A stretch of 64,000 nucleotides of DNA, taken from NCBI GenBank assembly GCA_018831265.1, contig JAHJCO010000019.1:104534-168533 (forward strand), given 5' to 3'. How positions within the stretch are numbered: position 1 is the stretch's first letter; every line of letters begins with the position of its first letter. The position numbers and the translations under genes were made by a program. The notes under the pieces are model-generated. The model did no database searches and was not told where the DNA came from. It saw only the letters and a program-made list of their open reading frames with translations. This stretch comes from Actinomycetota bacterium. Its GTDB lineage: Bacteria > Actinomycetota > Geothermincolia > Fen-727 > Anoxymicrobiaceae. Of this stretch, positions 56,141-64,000 are shown piece by piece.

Positions 56141-58078
56141 CTAGTACTTGAAGCCCCAGAGGTTCCAGAAGGCGGTCCACCAGATGAAAGCCAGGAGCGC
56201 GAGTGCCACCAGCGAGTAGTAGGCGCGGCCGATGGGCTTCCAGAAGCGCAGCGCCCAGGCGACGACCGCGAGCACGAGCACGAGGCCCGCGAGCACCGTG
56301 GCGGCGATGGGGATCACCAGCATGGTCTTGCTGAACGCGGTGACGGTATAGTCCGACGACCTCACCATCCACAGGACCCAGGCCAGGAACCCGAGGTCGA
56401 GAAGGCAGGTGATCCATGCCAGCAGACGGGCGATGCCGGCAAGCCGCGGGGGGACGCCACTGCTCCGCCGCCTCCTGCGGTTGTAGATGAGGGCGGCGGG
56501 ACCGAAGACGAGCATCGAGGCGAACACGGCGGCCATCGCCCAGGCCACCCCGCGCTGGAAGTCCACGTCCTCGAACCACTTCTGCTTCACGTACCCGCCG
56601 GACGGGTCGTTGTAGTAGAGCATGTAGGTGGCCTGCGCCCAGGTGTCGGGCCTGAACGCGATCGCCCCGCGGATCCCGAAGGCACCGTCCGCGCGCTCGA
56701 AGAAGTCGTCGGCGGTGCGTACCCAGCGGTCCTTCGCCCCGTCCGGGCCGAAGGTGGTGCCGCCGCCGCTCAGGCCCGTGCACATGCCGACCGTCGAGTT
56801 GAAACGGTCCAGCTTCTCGAGCGTCTTGTAGGCCGAGCGGGCCGGGGTGTAGTGGCCGCTCACGAAGCGGGAGGTCTTGGCCGCGGCGACGCCGGGCACC
56901 GCGGGGCTCTCAACAGGGAAGTAGCGGTCCATGAAAGCCTCGAGGAGCTCGTCGCGCCCTTCCTTGCCGCCCGGGCTGTTGTAGAGGGCGACCAGGGCCA
57001 CCCCCTCGTCCGGCACCAGGTAGAACCCCCCGCTGAAGACCTCGGTATCGCATGACATCCAGAGCACGCGCCGCCCGTTCACGGCCATCTCCATGAAGGC
57101 GGGGGTCCACCCCGGCAACCGGGGATCGTTGGTGAACAGCTGCGTCTGCATCCGGACGGCGGTGTCCTCCTCGAGGATCCGCCCGTCCTCGAAGGCGCCG
57201 AGCTGGAGCATGGCGATGCCGAACGAGGCGAGGTCGTTGGCGGTCGAGCTCATGGCTAGAGCGGGCACGGGGCGCGCCCACTCGAACCCGGCCTTCCTGT
57301 AGGCCCCTTCCGAGTACAGGTAGCCGCTGGCCACGGAATCGGTCAGCCCGCCCGGTGGCTGGGCGAAGCTGCTCCTGTCCATGCCGAGAGGGGTAAGGAT
57401 CTTGGCGTCCACGTAAGAGTCGAAGGGCATCCCCGCGGCCTTCTCCATTATATTGCCGGCGGTCGCCACACCGTACTCGGAGTAAGAGGTAAGGGTCCCG
57501 GGGGGCCGAACCAGGGCGGGCCTGTTCGTCTGCACGTAGATGCCCAGCGGCTGCACACCTTCGGAGCCGTCCGCGTACAGTCGGTCGGTCCTCTCCTCGA
57601 AGCCGGCGGTCTGGGTCAGCAGGTTCCCCAGCGTGACCGGCTGCTTGTACATCCTGAGCGGCAGCGGGTACTCGGTGAGGTAGGCGTTGACCTGCGCGTC
57701 CAGGTTCAGCGCCCCTATCTCCACCTGCTGCATCACTGCGGTCGAGGTGATCACCCCGGAGAAGGAACCCACGCGGAACAGCGTCTCGGCGGGGTCTACA
57801 GCGATGCCCTCGCCCAGGTCGGCATAGCCGTAGCCCCTCGCGGTCAGAAGCGCCCCGTCACGCACCACGGCGACGGCTGCGCCTGGTACGTGGTGAGCCT
57901 GCAGCTGGCCGGCCATCACCCCGTCGATGAAGCGCTCGAGCTCCACCGGGTCGGTCGGCTGCGCCCCCGCGGGACCCGCGAAAAGGGGGACCAGCAGGGT
58001 GGCGAGCAGCAACCCGGCCGCGGCTCGCAGCACTGTTTTCCTGAAATAACTGGTAGCTATCACTGGAATAGTGTTCAA
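56141..58078 (-). CDS. Beta-lactamase-related serine hydrolase domain protein with a signal peptide and C-terminal TM segments
   Basis: 645 aa. Transpeptidase-fold N-domain. The canonical SxxK motif is not clearly identifiable, so the assignment is tentative. Confidence 0.6.
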   Translation of the reverse strand: MNTIPVIATSYFRKTVLRAAAGLLLATLLVPLFAGPAGAQPTDPVELERFIDGVMAGQLQAHHVPGAAVAVVRDGALLTARGYGYADLGEGIAVDPAETLFRVGSFSGVITSTAVMQQVEIGALNLDAQVNAYLTEYPLPLRMYKQPVTLGNLLTQTAGFEERTDRLYADGSEGVQPLGIYVQTNRPALVRPPGTLTSYSEYGVATAGNIMEKAAGMPFDSYVDAKILTPLGMDRSSFAQPPGGLTDSVASGYLYSEGAYRKAGFEWARPVPALAMSSTANDLASFGIAMLQLGAFEDGRILEEDTAVRMQTQLFTNDPRLPGWTPAFMEMAVNGRRVLWMSCDTEVFSGGFYLVPDEGVALVALYNSPGGKEGRDELLEAFMDRYFPVESPAVPGVAAAKTSRFVSGHYTPARSAYKTLEKLDRFNSTVGMCTGLSGGGTTFGPDGAKDRWVRTADDFFERADGAFGIRGAIAFRPDTWAQATYMLYYNDPSGGYVKQKWFEDVDFQRGVAWAMAAVFASMLVFGPAALIYNRRRRRSSGVPPRLAGIARLLAWITCLLDLGFLAWVLWMVRSSDYTVTAFSKTMLVIPIAATVLAGLVLVLAVVAWALRFWKPIGRAYYSLVALALLAFIWWTAFWNLWGFKY

Positions 58079-58134
58079 AGGAGAGCGCGCTCATACCTTC
58101 CAGACCTCGATCTTCAGCCCCGAGTAGAGCCCAG

Positions 58135-58163
58135 TGAAAAAAGTGGTCTGAGGTTATTTTTCA
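58135..58163. repeat. Solo unit of the GGTCTGAGG palindrome family (TGAAAAAAGTGGTCTGAGGTTATTTTTCA) overlapping the stop codon of 58154..58663
   Basis: Read directly. Confidence 0.65.
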
Positions 58164-58663
58164 AGCGTGCCCTCGACCCACAGCCGCCACGAGCAATGGT
58201 CGTCGCCCCTGGGCAGCGAGCGGGTTATCTCCATGCGGACGGCCGGGTTCACGCTGTCCAGCCAGTGCAGGAAGATGGTGTTGTCCACGAACTCGCAGTC
58301 CACCACGTCCTCGCGCGAGGAGCGCCTCAGGTTCTCCCACCACGGGCAGCGAAGAACGTCGAAGCGGGCCTCGGCGGGACCGGTCATCTCCCAGGCGCAT
58401 GTTGTGCCGTCGATCCGGCAGAGCTGCTCCATCAGCATGTTCACGGTCTGAAGGTCCGGCGGGTCCTCCTCCGAGAGGGTGATTTCGAGCTTCCGCGCCA
58501 CGCGCCTCAGCTGCACCGGCCCGTATCGCTTCCAGACCTCCAGGTCCAGCTCGAACGCCGCCTCGAAGCCGAGTCTCTCCTCGGCCGCCAGGAACCATAG
58601 TCCGTCGATGGCGGTGATGGCCCCCAGGCGCAGCCTCTCCAGTTGTTCGTCGTCCAGCTCCAT
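58154..58663 (-). CDS. Hypothetical cytosolic protein, paralogous to 7198..7722
   Basis: Shared DGLWF ... RRVARKL ... Cys pattern. Confidence 0.55.
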   Translation of the reverse strand: MELDDEQLERLRLGAITAIDGLWFLAAEERLGFEAAFELDLEVWKRYGPVQLRRVARKLEITLSEEDPPDLQTVNMLMEQLCRIDGTTCAWEMTGPAEARFDVLRCPWWENLRRSSREDVVDCEFVDNTIFLHWLDSVNPAVRMEITRSLPRGDDHCSWRLWVEGTLEK

Positions 58664-58713
58664 AGGTCATATAATACAGGTGCCGCGTGAGGCGGTTCGA
58701 GGGGAGGCTGGCG

Positions 58714-59229
58714 ATGACGATGTGGCGGCGATTGTGCAAAAGGGTCAGGCCCTTTTGCACGGTTCTGGTGATTACGGCGGTTATTGCGGGACTGGTGGCG
58801 CTGGGCGGGTGTGACGATAAGACGACGACGACCACGCCGGAGACCTCAACCACGACCCAGACAGAGAGCGGTAAGACCGGGGAACACCCGGCCGAAGAGC
58901 AGGTCATCTACGACTACTTCGATGCCATCAACAGGGGCGACTACGAGGCCGCCTACGAGCTTCGCACCATGTCCAGGCAGCCGCAGTCGGACCACCAGGC
59001 GTTCGTCGCCTCCTACCAGCCCTACATCAAGTCCGTCAAGGTCGTATCGGTCAAGAAGCTGCCCGAGTTCAGCTCGGCCGAGCGCGAGGAGTTCCAGGTC
59101 GAGTTCGACGCGACCTACATCAAGCAGTACCCGGCGGGCAGCGGCTATCTCCCGCTCTTCTACGTTGTTGTCCCGGACACACAGAACGAGGGCGAGTGGC
59201 TCATCGAGTCGGAGGGGACAGGACCATGA
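58714..59229 (+). CDS. Putative lipoprotein (lipobox LGGC, Thr-rich linker)
   Basis: Signal peptide plus LVALGGCDD. Overlaps the next gene by 4 nt (ATGA). Confidence 0.6.
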   Translation: MTMWRRLCKRVRPFCTVLVITAVIAGLVALGGCDDKTTTTTPETSTTTQTESGKTGEHPAEEQVIYDYFDAINRGDYEAAYELRTMSRQPQSDHQAFVASYQPYIKSVKVVSVKKLPEFSSAEREEFQVEFDATYIKQYPAGSGYLPLFYVVVPDTQNEGEWLIESEGTGP

Positions 59230-59783
59230 CAATACCTGCGGACACCGCGCTCAGCTACCTCGCCGGCCAGGTCTACGCGATCGCCGGGGCCGAGGCGATC
59301 AAAGAAGGCCTGGAGGGCGAGGCGGCGTGCCTCAATCGCGGGCGCGCCTTCACCACCTTCGTGACCGTGCCCATCGGCACCTACTTCGTGTCGCGATGGC
59401 CGGAGTGGTCCTGGATGTACCTCGCCGGTGAGACGGCGAGGTCGCCCGTGGCCAAGGCCTGCGGCCTTTCCGCCTATGTGGGGGCCCACGAGCTGGGGTT
59501 CCGATGCGCCGCGAAGCAGCTGCGCAAGGGGAAGCTCGGAAGGGCGGTGGCACACCTGGTGGTCTCGAGCCTGGTCGTAGCGGTGCTGGGTCTGTTCGGC
59601 CTGGAGAGGCTTCGCTGGCTGGGGGACGAGCGCTCCTACCGGCTCGGCCTCGCCACCGACGTCCTGCACTACCCGGACTTCATGATCTCCATGGGGTGCG
59701 CGGCCGCATACGCGGTACCGTTCGTGGTCCTGGTGATACTCAAGAACTACCGCGAGGGAAGGGGAGCGACCCCCACGGATTGA
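59226..59783 (+). CDS. Hypothetical membrane protein
   Basis: Translationally coupled to the lipoprotein gene. 4 hydrophobic helices. Confidence 0.55.
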   Translation: MTIPADTALSYLAGQVYAIAGAEAIKEGLEGEAACLNRGRAFTTFVTVPIGTYFVSRWPEWSWMYLAGETARSPVAKACGLSAYVGAHELGFRCAAKQLRKGKLGRAVAHLVVSSLVVAVLGLFGLERLRWLGDERSYRLGLATDVLHYPDFMISMGCAAAYAVPFVVLVILKNYREGRGATPTD

Positions 59784-59814
59784 CCGGCCTCGAGGCCTGA
59801 AGCTACATCTGGCG

Positions 59815-59850
59815 ACCGGTTGACCAACCCTTGGACGAACCGGGGGGTCA
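59815..59850. repeat. Solo or truncated left TIR of the GGGGCGTCAGAC family (CAACCCTTGGACGAACCGGGGGGTCAGACACTTGAACGTGC)
   Basis: Matches the left end of 14831..14928. No right TIR found. Confidence 0.6.
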
Positions 59851-59922
59851 GACACTTGAACGTGCTCGATTCCCATAAACACCACGATTGGGGTCCACGC
59901 GTTAAAGAGTCTGCCCCTCTAT

Positions 59923-61542
59923 CTAGAAGAACACCTTCTTCATCCGGCCGGTGTCGTACTCCCAGCGGCGGTTGGAGACGTTGTTGGGATCGAGAGTCAT
60001 CTTCACCGCGGTGAACGCCCTCATGAACTCGACCATGTTCGGCTGGACCGCGGGCATCACCAGGTCCTCCATGCCCGGCATGCCCTTGAGCACGGCCCCG
60101 TTGCCCCCGGCGATTATCATCCCCTTGCCCATGGCGCGGCCCGTGGCCCGGAAGTACCCGAAGAGCATGCGCAGCAGGTCGTCCTTGTCACACTGGCTGG
60201 TGTAGAGGTCGTACTCCAGGTACGCCGCGCGCCCCATGTGGTACGGCTGCAGGTAGGTGGAGGCGTCGTCCGGGGAGAACGCGTCGCCGGTGCTGCCGAT
60301 CTGGTTGGTGCACGCCTCGCGCATCATCTTCTCGATGCCCACCATGTTGTCCAGCTTGTCGATGAGCCCGCCGATCATGAAGGACCCGCGCACCCTCTGC
60401 ACGCGCACCGTCACGTTGAAGAACTTCACCCATTTGTCGAAGTTCACGAACTCGTTTTCCTCGGTCAGGTCCTCGAGGGCTTCCCCCGGCAGGTAATCGA
60501 ACATGGGGAAGCGCTCCTCCAGCATCCGCCGGGTGACCCGGGCTTTCAGGTCGGCCTCCTCGAGGGTCTCGCCGCCGAATATGGTGAGCAGGTTGTGCCG
60601 GGGCATCATCGTCATGAGCTTCTGGGCTTCGAAGTTGTCGTCGCCCATGAAGATGCCGTAGAAGGAGTCCATGAGGTGGGCGAGCTCGATGGCGAGGTTA
60701 TCGTTGGCCACGTCGTACAGTGCGTCGGCCATGACCTCCAGGCGGTCTTCCTCGTAGCACGGAAAGACCTGCGAGTGGAACGGGGGCTCGGGGTAGAGCC
60801 TGACCGTCATTCTGGTAACGATGCCCAGCGTACCGAAGGCGTAGCGGTAGATGTAGGAGAGGTCGGGCCCGGGACCCGGCACGTGCCCCTTCACCGTACC
60901 GGCGCGGGAAGCGGGGCCCGTCTTCAAGACCTCGCCGGTGGGCAGCACCATCTCCACGTCTATGATGCTGTCCATCCCGAACCCGTACTTGGAGGCCATG
61001 GTGTTGATGTTGCAGAAGCCGTGGTTGCTGATGACCCCGGCGGTGGCGGAGGTGGAGGGGTTCAGAAGGCGGAGCCCCTCCCTCTGCGCCGCGGCCTGCA
61101 GCATCAGGTAGTTGACACCCGGCTCGATGACGGCGTACATGTTCTCGCCGTCTATCTCGACGATCCTGTCCATGCGACGCAGGTCGCAGACGATGCCGCC
61201 GTACGGGGGAAGGGTGAGCCCCACGGTGGTCAGCCCCGTGCCCACGGGCATCACGTCGACGAGGTGCTCGTTGGCGACGCGGTACACAGCGCGGACCTCA
61301 TCGGTGCTCGCCGGGAGGCACACGATATGTGGGTAGCAAGCGGGCGTGAAGCTCTGGTCGCGGGCATAGCCGCACAGGATGGACGCTGCGTCCGTGGCCC
61401 ACTCGTCCCCCAGGGCATCCTTCAGGTCACGGAGCGCGGCGGCCAGGCTCCCCGCACGGTTGTGCACCGGGTCCTTCTCCATGACCTGCGGCCGGTGGAC
61501 TACCCGCCGCTCCCGTATCTCTTCCCTTATCCTGCTCACCAC
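59923..61542 (-). CDS. FAD-linked oxidase (PCMH-type FAD-binding domain plus C-terminal oxidase domain)
   Basis: 539 aa. FAD_binding_4-like N-domain pattern (VMPVGTGLTTVGLTLPPYGGIVCDL). Confidence 0.75.
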   Translation of the reverse strand: MVSRIREEIRERRVVHRPQVMEKDPVHNRAGSLAAALRDLKDALGDEWATDAASILCGYARDQSFTPACYPHIVCLPASTDEVRAVYRVANEHLVDVMPVGTGLTTVGLTLPPYGGIVCDLRRMDRIVEIDGENMYAVIEPGVNYLMLQAAAQREGLRLLNPSTSATAGVISNHGFCNINTMASKYGFGMDSIIDVEMVLPTGEVLKTGPASRAGTVKGHVPGPGPDLSYIYRYAFGTLGIVTRMTVRLYPEPPFHSQVFPCYEEDRLEVMADALYDVANDNLAIELAHLMDSFYGIFMGDDNFEAQKLMTMMPRHNLLTIFGGETLEEADLKARVTRRMLEERFPMFDYLPGEALEDLTEENEFVNFDKWVKFFNVTVRVQRVRGSFMIGGLIDKLDNMVGIEKMMREACTNQIGSTGDAFSPDDASTYLQPYHMGRAAYLEYDLYTSQCDKDDLLRMLFGYFRATGRAMGKGMIIAGGNGAVLKGMPGMEDLVMPAVQPNMVEFMRAFTAVKMTLDPNNVSNRRWEYDTGRMKKVFF

Positions 61543-61702
61543 ATCGACCCCCGGTCAACACCCGTGCCAGGCACATTCAACGGTAGAAGTTATTAGCGGG
61601 GGCGGCCGCACCGTGCCGCGCCCTCGTAAGGATTATACAGTCCACCTGCCGGCCGGATGCGTATTATAATCTTCGCAGGGTCCGCTAGCGAGGGGGGAAA
61701 CA

Positions 61703-63016
61703 ATGGCTGAGGAGGAGACGTACACAAGATACGGCTACCGCTGGACCATCCTGGTCGTCTACGGGCTGGTCATGTGCGTCCAGGCTTTTCTGTGGCTGAG
61801 CTTCGCCCCTATCGAGAGCTCGGTGCAGGACGTGCTGGGCAAGAGCGCCACCCTGATCGGGCTGCTGGCCCTGGTGGGCCCGTTCATGTTCATCATCGTC
61901 GCATCTCCCGCCGGCGCGCTGTCCGACAAGCGTGGGTGGAGGTACTCGACCTCCATCGGAGTGGTCATGCTGATCGTGGCGGCCGTGGTGAAGGCGGTCA
62001 CCCCACACCTCACCGGCAACACCGACGTGCAGTACTGGGTCTACCTGCTGATGCAGGTACTGAGCGGCACGGGCGCCGTGTTCGCCATGGTCAACCTCTC
62101 CAAGATGCCCATCAAGTGGTTCCCCGAGAAGCAGAGGGCACTGGCCAACGGGCTGACCACCATGAGCATGTACCTGGGCGCAGCCATCGGGCTGCCGCTG
62201 GTGACCGCCATCGCCGCTATACCCGAGGGCGCGTCGCGCGCGACGGCCACGGCCGGCCTCAACAGGGTGCTCCTGGTGATGGCGATAATCATGGGAGTCG
62301 TGGGAGTACTGTTCTTCCTGCTCTCCAAGGAGGCGCCGCCGACCCCCGCCGGGCCGGAGCCGGAGGTCGAGACCCTCTCGCTTCGTGAGACCTTCCCGCG
62401 CTTCATGCGCTCGGCGCAGTTCCGCGTGCTGTGCCTTGTCTCGCTGGTCGGCTACGGGGTGTACATCTCCCTGACCGTGACCATGGAAAAGCTGATGACC
62501 TACCACGGCTTCACCACGAGCTTCGCGGCGTTCGTAGCCGCCGGGATAACCATGGGCGGCATAGTTGGCGCCGCGGTGATACCCGGGCTGTCCGAGAAGG
62601 TCGGCCTGCGCAAGCCGTTCCTCATTGCCGCCGCGGTCCCCGCCATACCGGGCCTGCTGATCCTGGCGTTCGTGGGCAGCGAGCCGCTGGCCCTCATCAC
62701 GGGGATAATCATGGGGTTCTTCCTCCTGCCGGCGCTGCCGGTGACGTTCACCATTGTGGGCGAGATGCCCGACATCGGGCCCAAGCTCGCCGCCACCGCC
62801 GTTGGTACCCTGCTGGCGGTGGGGAGCATCGGCTCCGCGTTCGTGCCGCTCCTTGTCCGGGCCATGGGCCGGAAGCAGGCCGGTGACGTGATCGACTACA
62901 GGATCGCCCTGGTGCTCCTGGCGGCGCTGACGGCGGTGGCGCTGGTGCTCGTCATCATCTACGTCAAGGAGACGGGTCCCAAGAGGAAAGGCGCCGTGGC
63001 ACCCGAGTCCGAATGA
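61703..63016 (+). CDS. MFS transporter (12 TMS)
   Basis: GAGGGGGGAAACA SD. 437 aa with 12 hydrophobic segments. Confidence 0.85.
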   Translation: MAEEETYTRYGYRWTILVVYGLVMCVQAFLWLSFAPIESSVQDVLGKSATLIGLLALVGPFMFIIVASPAGALSDKRGWRYSTSIGVVMLIVAAVVKAVTPHLTGNTDVQYWVYLLMQVLSGTGAVFAMVNLSKMPIKWFPEKQRALANGLTTMSMYLGAAIGLPLVTAIAAIPEGASRATATAGLNRVLLVMAIIMGVVGVLFFLLSKEAPPTPAGPEPEVETLSLRETFPRFMRSAQFRVLCLVSLVGYGVYISLTVTMEKLMTYHGFTTSFAAFVAAGITMGGIVGAAVIPGLSEKVGLRKPFLIAAAVPAIPGLLILAFVGSEPLALITGIIMGFFLLPALPVTFTIVGEMPDIGPKLAATAVGTLLAVGSIGSAFVPLLVRAMGRKQAGDVIDYRIALVLLAALTAVALVLVIIYVKETGPKRKGAVAPESE

Positions 63017-63019
63017 TGA

Positions 63020-63186
63020 GGGGCGTCAGACGTTTTCGTTGCGCAATGGCCTAATCGAAATCGGCGTAGTCCAACGGTCCGAACACAGAGTGGCGTCAGA
63101 GGTTTTCATTGCGTGATAACCTTGTCGAAATCGACGTAGTCCAACGGCACTGCAAACCTCTGACCCCACGGCTCGTCCAGGGGTTG
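63020..63186. repeat. Two tandem copies of the GGGGCGTCAGAC-family MITE-like element. The first is truncated. The second is complete and ends in CCTCTGACCCCACGGCTCGTCCAGGGGTTG.
   Basis: Direct comparison with 14831..14928, whose reverse complement is nearly identical. Confidence 0.75.
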
Positions 63187-63211
63187 ATCGGCCGCTCCGT
63201 TCAGATGTTTC

Positions 63212-64000
63212 CTAGTTGAGCTTGTTATCCGAGCGCAGCTTGTCCGCCTTTTCGCGGAGTTCTGTGGCTTCCTCACCCATTGAGGTTACGTTGTCGATGT
63301 ACTCGGTGCTGGTCTGCTGTATCTCCTCGACGCTCACGGGCTGTCCCGCGTCCGCCGCCTCGTACTGCCCTTCTATGTAATCCAGGTACTCGTTTGTGGT
63401 GTCCTGTATCTTGTAGTCCAGGGCGATGAGCTCGAGCACCGTCTTCGCGTACTCCTTGTACTTCTCGACCCCTTTCAGGCCCCCTACCTGCTTGTACTCG
63501 CCCTCGGCCGACTTCAGCTCCTCCTGGGCGGCATCGATGGCCTCCCTGATCACGTCGGCTTCCTCCTTGAACTCGGCGGCGGTAGCGATGTTCTCGATCT
63601 TGCTGGTCAGCAGCTCGTCGAGCGCCTCGGCCCCGGCGTCGGCCTCGGCCTGCATGGCCTCCATGTACTTGTCACCGCTCTTCACCAGCGTCTTGGCCTT
63701 GCCCGTGTCGCTCTTGAAGACGGTGAACACCAGGACCAGCACCACGGCGACGATCACCAGCAGGATCCCTATCGCGGCGATCAGCACGATGGGTCCCTTC
63801 CCGGATTTCTTCGCGGCGGGGACGGGTGTGGGTAACGCCGGTGGAGGGCCCGCGGCCTGCATCGGAGGCGCGGCGGGGGGCATCGCCGGGGGCACCGCGG
63901 GAGGCGGCGCGGGCACGGGAGCGCCGGGGGGCTCGGGAGCCGGGGGCTGAGAGGCCTCCGCCTCTATGGGGGTCCCGCACTTGCTGCAGAACGAATCCCC
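63212..64000 (-). CDS. Zinc-ribbon / Pro-rich / single-TM / coiled-coil protein. N-terminus beyond the window end.
   Basis: The reverse complement of 63970..64000 encodes ...DSFCSKCGT (zinc-ribbon half). The ORF is open to the window edge. Confidence 0.6.
   Translation of the reverse strand, partial: GDSFCSKCGTPIEAEASQPPAPEPPGAPVPAPPPAVPPAMPPAAPPMQAAGPPPALPTPVPAAKKSGKGPIVLIAAIGILLVIVAVVLVLVFTVFKSDTGKAKTLVKSGDKYMEAMQAEADAGAEALDELLTSKIENIATAAEFKEEADVIREAIDAAQEELKSAEGEYKQVGGLKGVEKYKEYAKTVLELIALDYKIQDTTNEYLDYIEGQYEAADAGQPVSVEEIQQTSTEYIDNVTSMGEEATELREKADKLRSDNKLN

Noticed and set aside
56141-58078. Confident class-C beta-lactamase call
   Set aside because: The fold-level similarity is plausible but a clean S-x-x-K active-site motif could not be located by eye. 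Reported only as a beta-lactamase-related serine hydrolase.

Overview
This is a high-GC (about 65%) chromosomal segment. Shine-Dalgarno sites (AGGAGG/GGGAGG) and a TTGACA-N15-CATAAT promoter indicate a bacterial-type gene organisation. I call about 58 protein-coding genes. I found no rRNA, tRNA, CRISPR array or transposase. The gene content points to an anaerobe: a two-subunit 2-oxoacid:ferredoxin oxidoreductase, two stand-alone alpha-type subunits of ADP-forming acetyl-CoA synthetase, two paralogous acetyl-CoA hydrolase/transferase-GNAT fusion proteins, acyl-CoA dehydrogenase, enoyl-CoA hydratase, enolase, glycerol kinase, MsrA/MsrB, flavodoxin and several Fe-S proteins. The most specific call is a mercury-methylation gene pair hgcA-hgcB (13082..14417, minus strand). 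It has the HgcA cap-helix motif NVWCAAGK and the HgcB C(M)ECGA motif with a C-terminal CC. A small AbrB/SpoVT-like protein with vicinal-cysteine pairs overlaps the hgcA 5' end, and a 1445-aa zinc-ribbon/TPR polytopic membrane protein lies downstream. There are two complete S8 subtilisin-like proteases with six tandem C-terminal repeat modules, and a third truncated copy of the repeat domain at the window start. The most unusual property is the density of short palindromic or TIR-bounded intergenic repeats in at least four related families. Most sit directly after stop codons. One family, an imperfect 29-bp palindrome containing GGTCTGAGG, forms a conserved three-unit module ending at or within 17 nt of the start codon of both CoA-transferase-GNAT paralogs. 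All functions come from motifs read in the translations. Nothing was searched against a database.
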